Of a DNA stretch of 33,115 nucleotides, positions 18,350 to 28,900 are shown in pieces. The DNA lies in assembly GCA_000934665.2 (NCBI GenBank), contig KZ539117.1, positions 1 to 33,115 of the forward strand, given 5' to 3'. Origin of the DNA: Catajapyx aquilonaris. Its lineage: Eukaryota. Position 1 is the stretch's first letter. Every line of letters begins with the position of its first letter. A program made the translations under genes and the position numbers. Under the pieces are notes generated by a model. That model had not been told where the DNA came from and made no database searches. It was given only the letters and a program-made list of their open reading frames with translations.

Positions 18350-21300
18350 ATGTGGTCTTGTGGAAACCTGTCAAAAAATTTGGCTGCACCTGAGGAGAGC
18401 AACGTAGAAGAGGTTACAATGAGTTCATCTAGAAAATATTCAGGTGATGAAATTGTAGCACGATTTCCAAACCAATCCTCGGAGGAGTACAGAAGGATGC
18501 TGAAGAGGCAACATTCCACATACCCAGAAACAAGGACAACAGGACAGGAGAGTACTGCCAATACACAACATGTGCAAAACTCATCTGTTCACTCATACTT
18601 GAATAAACCACAACCAAGAGAGTTGAGGGGACCAGGCATGACGTTTATGAAGCGGTCAAGAAATCTTGCAGGCAATGGATCACCTTATGATTGGGGGAGA
18701 CCTGAACCTCCAGCTGGTCAAGCATACACACAGCAAGAAGCTCATCATACCACAGAACTGAATAGCCAGCAGTTCCCAGGTAATGTCCAACAAGCCAGAG
18801 GATCATCCATTGGAAATCCAGCTGGTCAACCAGGAGTCTCATCTACTCAAGGCCACATATCAAGCTACACTTATTCAGTTAGGAGGGATGTTACTGTATC
18901 GTCCTATGTGAAGTGTGTGAATCACTCTCTTGTTCATGCCACCGGCAATGTTGATGTGCAGTGTAATACAAATCAACAGTCAACTGGAAGATTTGTGCCA
19001 AATTTACAGGAAAGTGTTATGATAAATAAGGACCTGTCTGCACGAGACATTGTGGAATTCCAGACAAGAAACGGGAAGGATGGTTTTGTGCAGCAAAAGA
19101 GTATTAATAACGGGCAGCCAAGTTTCTCTGAAGTGGTAGTGTCCCGAGTTCAACTGACTGATGAAGCAGTTTTTTCCCTGACTAATAACCCTGCACAACG
19201 TACTGGCCTGCAGAACATTTGCAAACAGTTTGTTGAACCAGATGAAAATAGCCGCAGGGCAGTGGCACTGGACGAAAAAGAACGGGCTAAAATGGATGAG
19301 CTGGAGGCAGCAGAACAGGAGAAGTTGCTGCAAGCTGATGAAGAATACAAACAGACAATGATGGAGCTGAAGGAGAGAAAGAAGAGAGCGGCTGGAAATT
19401 CCACTGTTATGGCTGCAATCAAAGGAGAGGCAGAGGAGGCGAAGGAAAAACTGGATGTCACAAGAGACGATATTAAGAAGAAGATGGCGAGGAGAAAAGC
19501 ATCGCACAAGGCCATATTTGAACGGGAGAGGAGAATTCTGATGAGGCCTTCCAAGCCAAAACTCTGTGATGCTACTGGTTCTTCATCAGTGTTGCAGGGT
19601 ATGGATTCTAAAGCTGCGTATCAAAAAAAGTAACATTTTGATTACCCTGTGATTGATATAATTTTGTTTCCATATTGCAGATGCTGCGCCTGCATCAACT
19701 TTGCCACCTCCAGTGTCCCTGGCCTGTGCAATTCAAGACAATGCACAGTTGCATGCACCTGCTCCATCCAACTCCATATCATCAGCTGCTAGCCGAGTGC
19801 AAGCTTCCACTGCTTCATCTGTGCTGTCGCCATCTTCCTCCACACACAGCATCATGGAACCAGACTCCTCCACCTCAGATGTGCAAGGGACACGCTCTTC
19901 TAACTCTCTTTCTTCCGCATGTAACGTTACGGACCTGCATAACGGCAAGCACAAAGCCACCTCAAGCCTCACCATTCGTTCTGAGTTTGTGTCACCGCTG
20001 GGAGTCCTGGATCAACTGGTGTCAGGGCTCGGTTGTGCAGAAGAGCAGGAATCATTTCAATACATTATGCCTCCATCAGTCATGCCCCTGGAAGATTTAG
20101 CATCAGAACCAAACGAAGAAATTCCAGCTGCTACGCGAATACCTGCAGGGTCACAAGCAGTTTCTAAACAATCTGCATCTGTCTCTACTTACATCCCACC
20201 CGATTTGCCAGCAACAACAGGCCATGACAGGCCAAGTGAAATGACACAAAGGAATTTACCGCAGGTCCAATCCAAAAGAAGCAATAACCAGGAGTCACAA
20301 AAAAGTGCCACTGAACAATCAGGGAAGGAGCAGGAAAGGACGAGTGTGTGTGATGTTATGGTGTTAGGTGATGCTGGCAACAATCTACTTGTGACGTTCA
20401 ATGTGAAGGGTTTTGCCAAGTTGGTACACTACGTGATTCGAGCACACGTGTTTTTGGATGCCTACCAACAGCAAAATGACGTAAATTTGATCAAGGGAGG
20501 CAATAAACTCATTGGCATCTTTGACTCTGTTACCAAAGAGGCAAGTATGATTGAAGCTAAACTTATGAGAGGTCTGGGATGTGTACAACGGGTTGTGAAG
20601 AAGTGGGAAAGTTATGGTCGGACTGCAGATTCACTTGCCCGGAGTGTCTCACAAGCCATTGAGAGCCCACATGTACTACAGGCCCATGTTGTCAACACAT
20701 TGTTTCGTGATCTTAAAGTGGCTGGGGATAATCCTACTGTGAAATCCATTACAGTACCGAAATATAATGCACTTCATAATATTTCTGTGGCAGCAGACAG
20801 GAACATTGATGACGATGACATCTCTGAAGATTCTGGAAGGGGAGAAACACCAACAGACTTCCCTGTGCTTGAATGTGGGCTTCAGGAATTGCTGGAAGAG
20901 CTTACTCATGTGAACACGATTCCCGATGTACACGAGGTGATATCTCCTAAGAAAATTCTGCTGGAGGGAGACAGGGTGGAACCAAAGGAGAACACCTCAA
21001 GTGTGCCAAAACCTGCACATAATGTGGGCAATGGAAGGACTGAGTATAATGACCCACCATTGGTTCAGATGGATCACCCAGGCAGGCCAAATCCCCAGCC
21101 ACAAGGATCTCGTGTGGTGGCCATGCCAAAGCCGCCTGAACAATTTGGGGCCGAGTACTACAATCGACCATCTGTCATATTAGAAGCTGAAGTCCCAGCA
21201 AGGCAAAAAGACTTTTCCTCACGAAATGATGTGCGAGATGCATCCTTACCACAAAACAGCCATCAAACAGGAGAATTTCCCAGTCACAATACTGGTGCTG

Positions 21301-22584
21301 GTGATAATGTCTTAGTGGATGAAGGTCAGAGTTTGTCCAATTCAAGAATTCGTGTCAGGTCGCTCACAGAGATGCAGCCAGTGGAGCCGCAATCTGAAGA
21401 TCCCAAGAGACAACCCAAAATTTTCTCCTTGATCAGGGGTCTTGTTGCCATTTTGGGACCATGTAAATCAACCGGAGAGCTTTCCAGAACGTCTGGGTTG
21501 AAGACAACCTGGGGATTGGCTTCAAACTGCAACCAGAGGCCAGTGCTGGCCAACTGGGCTCAGTCACCGATGCAGCAACCTCCTCTACATCCTTCGCAAT
21601 CCAACTGGTTGTCACACGTGCAGCCGCAGGGAGTAAACTGGGGTCAAGGTGAGCCAGCACAATCTGTGCAACCGCTTGCTAGGCTGCTGCCAGACCGCAC
21701 CCAGGGGAATGCTAGTCATGTGAGTACGCTGTATGGGTCGCACCAAAACACCAGGCACCAGGCTTTCTCCACGTCTCAGAGGCACGTTGCGGAGGTCTTC
21801 AGCACACAGGGAGGGTCCAACTTGTCAGCATGGAATGGCCAGCATTCTGCTCCATTTCAGTGTGCTTCAGCGGAGCAGCCACGAGCCAACTATCCCCAAC
21901 TATCCTTGGAGCGCCTGCTTCGGATGTTACCAAGCGACACCGTGGCAGCCAACAGACAAAACTGTGTACCATGCTACATATGTAGAGCTCCAGCATCGAG
22001 ATTGTGTTCAGTATGCTTCAGGTTCAGGTTCTGCAGCCCATTTTGCGAGGTGAGTGGAGTTCATAAATCTGTTGCTACGTTTAAATCAGGGGTGGGCAAA
22101 CTACGGCCTGGGAAGACCATTTGTGCAGCCCGGACAAAAAATTCTGTATTCCTGAAATTGTTGAAAAATTATAATTGCAAAATTTTATGCCTGTGCCATT
22201 CTTTTTAATTCTTGTAAATTCACAAAAATATTGGTTTTTATTTATACATGCCATTTTCATTGATATGGTTAGCTAATTTTATCAATTTCCAGAGAATTTA
22301 ATGATAATAATTTATGCAATTCATGGAAGTTCATTTAAAACGATGGATATATAATTGTAAACTTTTTAATAAGTTAAAATTTCTTTTGTTAGATGCGGCT
22401 CGTCAATTTTTTTAAAATCTCTCTGCTGCCCACGGAGAAAAAAGTTTGCCCACCCCTGGTTTATAGCATGTGCATGCTGACATAACGAGAAAGTTCACGT
22501 GTCATAATCACCTTACATTATGCTGTGATTGCTGAAAGAGTTCCTTTTCAGGCGCAGCACCACCGACGTGCTCACCAGAATTGA
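18350..22584 (+). CDS. Gene C: paralogue of gene A, at least ~1216 aa. Exons 18350-19598, 19681-22049, 22552-22584; possible upstream exons 17400-17568 and 18264-18286
   Basis: ORFs 18341..19633 and 19701..22208 join by an 82-bp phase-1 intron (CAGG|gtatgg..attgcag|AT); GAG|gtgagt (22049) joins ttttcag|GCGCAGCAC (22552). Collinear similarity to gene A in the coiled coil, the F[DN]VKGFA..RWES.GR domain, VAILGPC.ST and the MYND finger. Confidence 0.78.
22087..22458. mobile_element. hAT (Charlie-type) MITE in the last intron of gene C
   Basis: Perfect 16-bp TIRs CAGGGGTGGGCAAACT / AGTTTGCCCACCCCTG; 8-bp flanks gtttaaat / gtttatag (6 of 8 match). Confidence 0.9.
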
Positions 22585-23545
22585 TGTGGTGCGTTATCTG
22601 CAGATGGAAAATGCCAGGTTGTGTTGCGGCATGTACCTATTTAAAATGCATTTACTGAGCAATGCCAAACTATGCCATCCTATTATTGTTTATTGATTAG
22701 TGGAGTTTTCTGATCTGAATAAGTGTGTAGATAATGTTGCGTTTCTACACAAGTGATGGCTGTGCACCATTTGATACGACAAAAGTTTGAAACGGCTCTT
22801 GTGAGTACTGGTACTTGTAGAAGCATTATGTGCAATTTTTACATTTAGTGTTGTCTGATTTCTGCTTCCTTGGTGCCTACATTACATTTAATCGTAATGA
22901 TGTGACTGAACCTGAAAGATATTAGTTTGAAGACCTGTATTGATGTGCATAATTTCCGCTATCAATGATAGGTCCTTTTTTGGTTAGGTGCATTCAGACA
23001 CAGCTTCCCTGGTAACTATTGAGACTAGTGTGAATGTGTTTCATCCCACCTGGTTCATCACAAAATGTCTGTTCAGATTTAAAGAGAATGTTTACTATTC
23101 CATGTAACGTGGAATTACACATCTTGAAGAAGTATGGTTTCTTGGCCAATGTTTTGCTGATGTCCAGTTGAGGCGCTTCTAATACAGAGCTATTAGACAT
23201 GTTTTATAAGTGTTATTTATTGTTCTACGTGGCTTTTTTATTATTTAAAGAAATTCATATTGTGCTAATTCGGTATGCTTGTGTTTTTTGATGAGCAGTC
23301 AAATTGCTTTTAAGTCAATTCATATCTATCTATGAACATGCTTAGTTTTTGTGGCGTGATGTCCTTTTCATGAAGGTGACGCTGGATTTCAAGATTTGGC
23401 CGTTATGCCTGTTGTATCTAAGGAGGTTTAATGCTCATCACTTTTTTTCTTACAAGTACTGTTACCCTAACTGTTGCAGTATTCCTGTGGATGTTACTTC
23501 TTCTTCATCCTTCATGGTTTTTTTCCAAAAGAATGTTACTTCTTA

Positions 23546-23678
23546 GGGGTAGTGCAAATACCACGTGACCGTTTTGGGGGGAGGGGGAGGGTCTGCTGAT
23601 ATACCACTGGGGGTCACTGGGGGGGAGGGGGGGTCAAAAAGTGGTCTAAAATCGGTCACGTGGTATTTGCACGACCCC
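23546..23678. mobile_element. 133-bp PIF/Harbinger-type MITE with G-tract interior
   Basis: TIRs GGGGTAGTGCAAATACCACGTGACCG / CGGTCACGTGGTATTTGCACGACCCC; TTA TSD on both sides. Confidence 0.9.
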
Positions 23679-25920
23679 TTACACAAATATTGATTCCCTT
23701 TCTGATGTACTTGGCTGTTTTGTAGCTAGGTCAGAACACAGATTGATTAATGGACTATGCATAGTATAGAGCAATACAGTAAAACCTGTTATAGACTTGT
23801 ATTATGCACCCTGTAAAAAATTTTGTACTGAAAAAGTGTTTCTTTATCAAGACAAAAATTCTCTACGATGTCTCTGTGTTTCATTACTCTGTAAATGTTA
23901 CTAATATGGTAGTCACTTTGTTGCTCCAGTGTACACCCATAGGGCCGGTGCAAACGAGGAAATTTGGGAGCAACTTTGTTGCCTGCCTACCCACCCAGCA
24001 CTGCACAGCACATGCTCTCTCCTGGGGCAATCGGCATATGCTGATTTCTCACATGCTACAAATTTGGGCGTGCTGCGCTTGGCTGGCTGGGCCACGACAC
24101 TTGCACTCTCTAGCGTGCGACAGGAATACCTGCATTATGTGTGCAAGTTGCCTCCATCCTACATTTCCTTGTTTGTGCCAGGCCTTAACGTGACAGTCCT
24201 CTTGATTATTTGCACCTGTGTCTTTAATCTGTGTGTGCCATTTATTAATTTTTTTACGATGGTGAAACATTTTGGACGCTCAACCTTCTGTAAGCCTTTA
24301 GTTGGATGGATCCTGCCCTATCTTATTTCCTCGTCCCATCATTGTGAAGTGCATCTGAAGCATTTAACACACTGAAATGCACCACTCACATTAGCACAAG
24401 TCTGAAGCCACCTACTTACATGTTGCGATGTAAATGTGTATTTTTTTGTAATTTTATAAGGGAAGCCCTCCCACTTCAAACAGAGTGTAACGTCAGCAGT
24501 TGCATTGTATGCCCGAAAGTGTTGGCAACAATGCTCAATGACCTGGATTAGCATATTTGCATGATATTCCAGAATGAACGGTGAAGAATAAATTCATTTG
24601 AGAATCATTGTTTGGAGAAAGTTATTCCAATTATTTTTTTTGTGAAATATTTCCTTCTGTTGAAGTAGCACCCTGTCTGGTCGTGGCAGTAGTGCAGTGT
24701 GAACCCGCCCCGTTCCCTCCGTTATTTCCAACCCGTTCCTTTGTCAATTCCAACGCCACTTTCACCCACTTTCACTCTCTGTTTCGATCTGTTCGGACCA
24801 CTCGTGAAGGAAGGCGTCGTGAGGGACGTCCAGTTGCATCGCAGATACAGAAGCGACGGCGCGGGGTCACTGTTCGAGGAACCGGGCAGGGCATGCCACC
24901 TTGGGTACGGAGGAGGTAAATAGGGAAAGGTTGTACCGCATGTTTCGGTGGCGGGGGCGGGTGTCAGGTTACAGCCATAAACGGCCATCAAGGTCCGAGC
25001 GTGTTCGGAGGGAGACAAAGGATAGGTTCAGTCACACTGCCACACACTGCACTGGGCCGTCCTTTGCATTGTGGGGATGGAAGCTGGGCATGTAAGTTCT
25101 GGGACGGTTGCAGTTTGTACGGTATGCTCAGGAAAACCAGTGTTGGGCGTCGTTAGAGTGGCCGGCGCTGGTTCCATGCTGATCCGAGTCGACCGGAAGA
25201 ACGCAGCAGGGCACCAGCGCGGCCGCATCTGTACTACGACAAAAGCAGGAATATAATAATTGTAATAATATCCGGGTAGTGCTTGGCCTCTCGGCATGTA
25301 GCGCGGACCTTTATTCGTACAATGTACATTTTTGGAACCTATTTATTAAAGCGCCCCGGCCCACGGGTAGGATGTGCAAGGTGCAGTGCTATGTCCTTGT
25401 GTGGCCATTTTAAGTGAACTCCCCCGGGTAGTTTGTCTTAACGAAAGTATGGGCGGGTACGTTACCGCAGCACCACTTCGCCTCCCTAAGAGAAGGAATA
25501 CATTTTTACAAGTGCAGTGAAATCTGGCCGTAACGGACCTTTTTGGCAATGGCCGTATGTACAGGATCGGAAATTGTGTATCCCGTGCTTTTTCCGTTAC
25601 ACACGTTTCACATATTTTTCATTGTCTTTAATTTCATGGTCCATTTGTCCAGTTAGGAATGCATGGAATTTCCTGTTTACTTGCCCCCATTCTTAGTACC
25701 TATAATAATGGAGCTGCAGAGTGCGCTGCCTTTTGACCTGGATATGTAGGAATGTGTTTGTATGCGGCATTTCTGTTGGCACTATGGTGGAATTCAGGAA
25801 TTAATATTATGACTTATTCGATTCACTATTGTTCCATTGTATGTAAGGGCATTGCCAGTGAGCGACATTCCCATGTCATGGACTGGAAATACCTTGACCT
25901 ACTGATGATTTATTTTCCAG

Positions 25921-28900
25921 ATGAAAAAAGGTTACCTGAAGTGGATGATACCCCCTTGCCGGGTGATGCTGAACAGATTGACTTCTGAAGAGATACGTGT
26001 TCAGACTGGTGGGAGGTACACTGCTGAGAGGTGAGTTCAGCATACGCCTTTAAATTTGGTGCCTACGTCTCATTTAATTCAGAAAGACAAGTATTTGTAA
26101 CTAGAAACGTGGGCTGGGACACGTAGTTGATTAGTACCTACCCTCGTGGATGGATGGAGGGAGATCAAATTATGATGAAAATGCCATCAAGTGATTGTGA
26201 CTGGCCTGATCTGGAAACTTCATTTCCTCCAGTTTCTTTAACCTTGCTGGCACGACATTCACTGCACCTGACACATGAGGTTTAGACACTGGTGTATCAC
26301 AGTTCCTGAAGACTGTGCACTGGCATTGGCTTTACTTGCTGGGGTGGAGTTTTTTCCAGAGGTGTACTAACTACATTACATTTGTTGTTACCATATTTAT
26401 GAGAATGTTGAACAGTCTCAGGCAGCAGCGGCAGGAGTGGGAGGGTCAGACCTCAGTCAGTGATGTGGACAGTCATGGTGGACTGATGCAAAGAGAATCA
26501 CTTGCGGAAGATGGCCAAGCTGAGGATGCTAGTGGTGGTGACCGCTGCTTGAAAAGACCTGTCTCCAGTGGCAATGACCTTCGAAATGATGAATCCCAAG
26601 GCATGTGCAGCACACCAGAAAAGAAGAGGCATATCTCTGAGGACAGTGACTTCGAGCTGCCAAGGTTCACCTCATTCAGTGATGATGAGCCATCACCGAA
26701 TCTCGGTTAGTTATAATTGACATTTACAGTGAGCCCCACTATCCACAGAAAATAAGGCCCCCCCCACGGATAAGTGAAACATGTGGCTAATCAGAACCCT
26801 ACGTAATACACTGTACTCCCAATTATCCGGGTGTGGATTATCCGTGCATTGCTAACACAAAGGAAGGTCCAAAAAATGTCGAATATTCTCAGAATGTAAC
26901 AGACTTTTTCCAGAACACAAACTAAAAATTTATGGGAATTTTTCTAATTTTAATTAAATCTGTTTTAAAGCAGTACAGTCATTAATTTAAAACCTGTGAA
27001 TAGCTAATTTTACTGTAATGAGGACCATTTTCTGATTATCCGGCAACACTCATTAGCCCGCTCATTAGCTCAGTCATTAGCCCGGATAATCGGGAGTACA
27101 GTGTACAGTCCCGAGCATAATGTTGGAGATGGCAGACCCTCCCTTGCCAATCCCCGCCATTATGGTATCAAATCTATATCAATAAAGGCGGATGTGATTC
27201 TGTCTGTCTGTCTGTCCGGGACACCAACCGCCATTTTCCTGCCATCTGTGGACCACATCCACCACCGGCCACAGATGGCAGGCAAATGACGGGTCATTAA
27301 TTTTGCTTGGTCATTTGCCTGCCATCTGTGGCTGGAGGCGGATGTTTTTTTTTTTTTTTTGGAAAGCTAATTTTTGTTTTAAAGCATTCTTTGGGACCCC
27401 TGTACCTCGAGTGAAAGGTCCTAAAAGATCTGGGCTGGGCAACCTATTTAAATTGTGACAAAATGTACGCCATTTTGGAAATTTCGAAAAGTCGGGTTTA
27501 TATGAGTATGGTCGGCCATAAAATTACGCTGCTTTTGCTATTTTACTTTAAATGCTTTCTAAAATCTAAACTTTATAATGACGGACTTAATGATTTAAAA
27601 ATATCTAATTTTATTTATATAAATGTGCCCAAAATGCATGATAGAGGTGTCAAAAATTTTGATATTCTTGGAAAGTCATAAAACCTGCTCTGGCCTATTG
27701 AAATCCAGCTTAGGGAAGAAATCCGTTTCAATTACGGTTGAATGCCATCAGTCACTGATATAACACTTGCCAAAAATGTCAAAGTCATTCTTTTTCTGGT
27801 ATATTCGGCAAGGGCCAGATGCCAGAAGAAAATGATGGATTTTTTTTGGTCTTGCCTAAGCTATGGGTGAGCTAATGTGGCATGTTTGTGGGTAGTTTTA
27901 TTAATCAGTATGCAGTAGTGTGCATTATAAATATATGAAAGCACCGAAGCAGTGGTGGCGGAGGGGATATGGTATCCGACTGCTAATCGGGAGGTCCTGG
28001 GTTCGATCCCCGGGGCCGGCAACCCTAAGCGTGGTTTTCTGTAGCTTCCCACGGTCCCTCCAGGTAAATGCCGGGGTTGTTTCCTAAAATAATAGGCCAC
28101 AGCCGCTTCCTTCCGTCCCTATCCTATCCCCAAAAGCGAAGTAAAAATGCAAAGAAAGCGTTCCAGTCAAAACAAAACTCCCCCCGGCTGATAACGAGGT
28201 ATGATATAAAACATTTAAAAAATAAAATTAAACACATAAAAAATAAAATATATGAAAGCAGAAAACCTGCACATTCACTGCAAAAGCGGTGATTTGGCTA
28301 TAACAGACTGATTTCATTGGTTCCTTGAAGTCTCATATATCCGGATTCAACTGTAATTGAAACTGATTTCTTCCCTGAACTGGCTATCAATAGGCCAGAG
28401 AAGGTGTTATGACCAAAGATACTGGTACTTTCCTTAGTATCTTTGGTTATGACTTTCCAAGAATATCGAAATATTTGACACCTTGTATCATGCATTTTGG
28501 TAACATTCATATAAATAAAATTAGATATTTTAAAATCGTTAAGTTCGTCATTATAAAGTTTAGGTTTTAGAAAGATTTAAAGTAAAATAGCGAAAGCAAC
28601 CTAATTTTATGGCCTACCATACTCATATAAACACGATTTGTCGAAATTTCCAAAATGCTGTACATTTTGTCAAAATTTAAATAGGTTGCCCAGCCCGGAT
28701 CTTTTAGGAATTTTCACTCGAGGAACAGGGGTCCCAAAGAATGTTTTAAAACAAAAAAATTAGCTTTCCCAAACAAAATAACAAATAAAAAATCCCTAAT
28801 TTGCATATACTAAGAACAAATTAATTTGTTATTTGATAACCACAACAAACTCCCTCCTTATTTTTTAAATACAACAAGTGCAGGGTTAGCTCATTTTACA

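Larger units (their letters stand above)
27346..28795. mobile_element. Large foldback element with ~400-bp inverted arms (about 27346-27743 and 28346-28790)
   Basis: e.g. attctttgggacccctgt.cctcgagtgaaa..gggctgggcaacctatttaaatt is mirrored by aatttaaataggttgcccagccc..tttcactcgagg.acaggggtcccaaagaat; high similarity along both arms. Confidence 0.9.

Noticed and set aside
22050..22208. ORF tail VSGVHKSVATFKSGVGKLRPGK.. of gene C
   Set aside because: Intron and hAT MITE sequence after the donor at 22049.
22582..22950. Selenocysteine recoding of the gene C TGA
   Set aside because: The TGA is not at a Cys-ligand position and I see no convincing SECIS stem downstream.
23800..25600. Short ORFs and a GC/CpG-richer patch between genes C and D
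   Set aside because: No consistent exon chain or recognisable homology on either strand; could be promoter/UTR or a decayed insert, not resolvable by eye.
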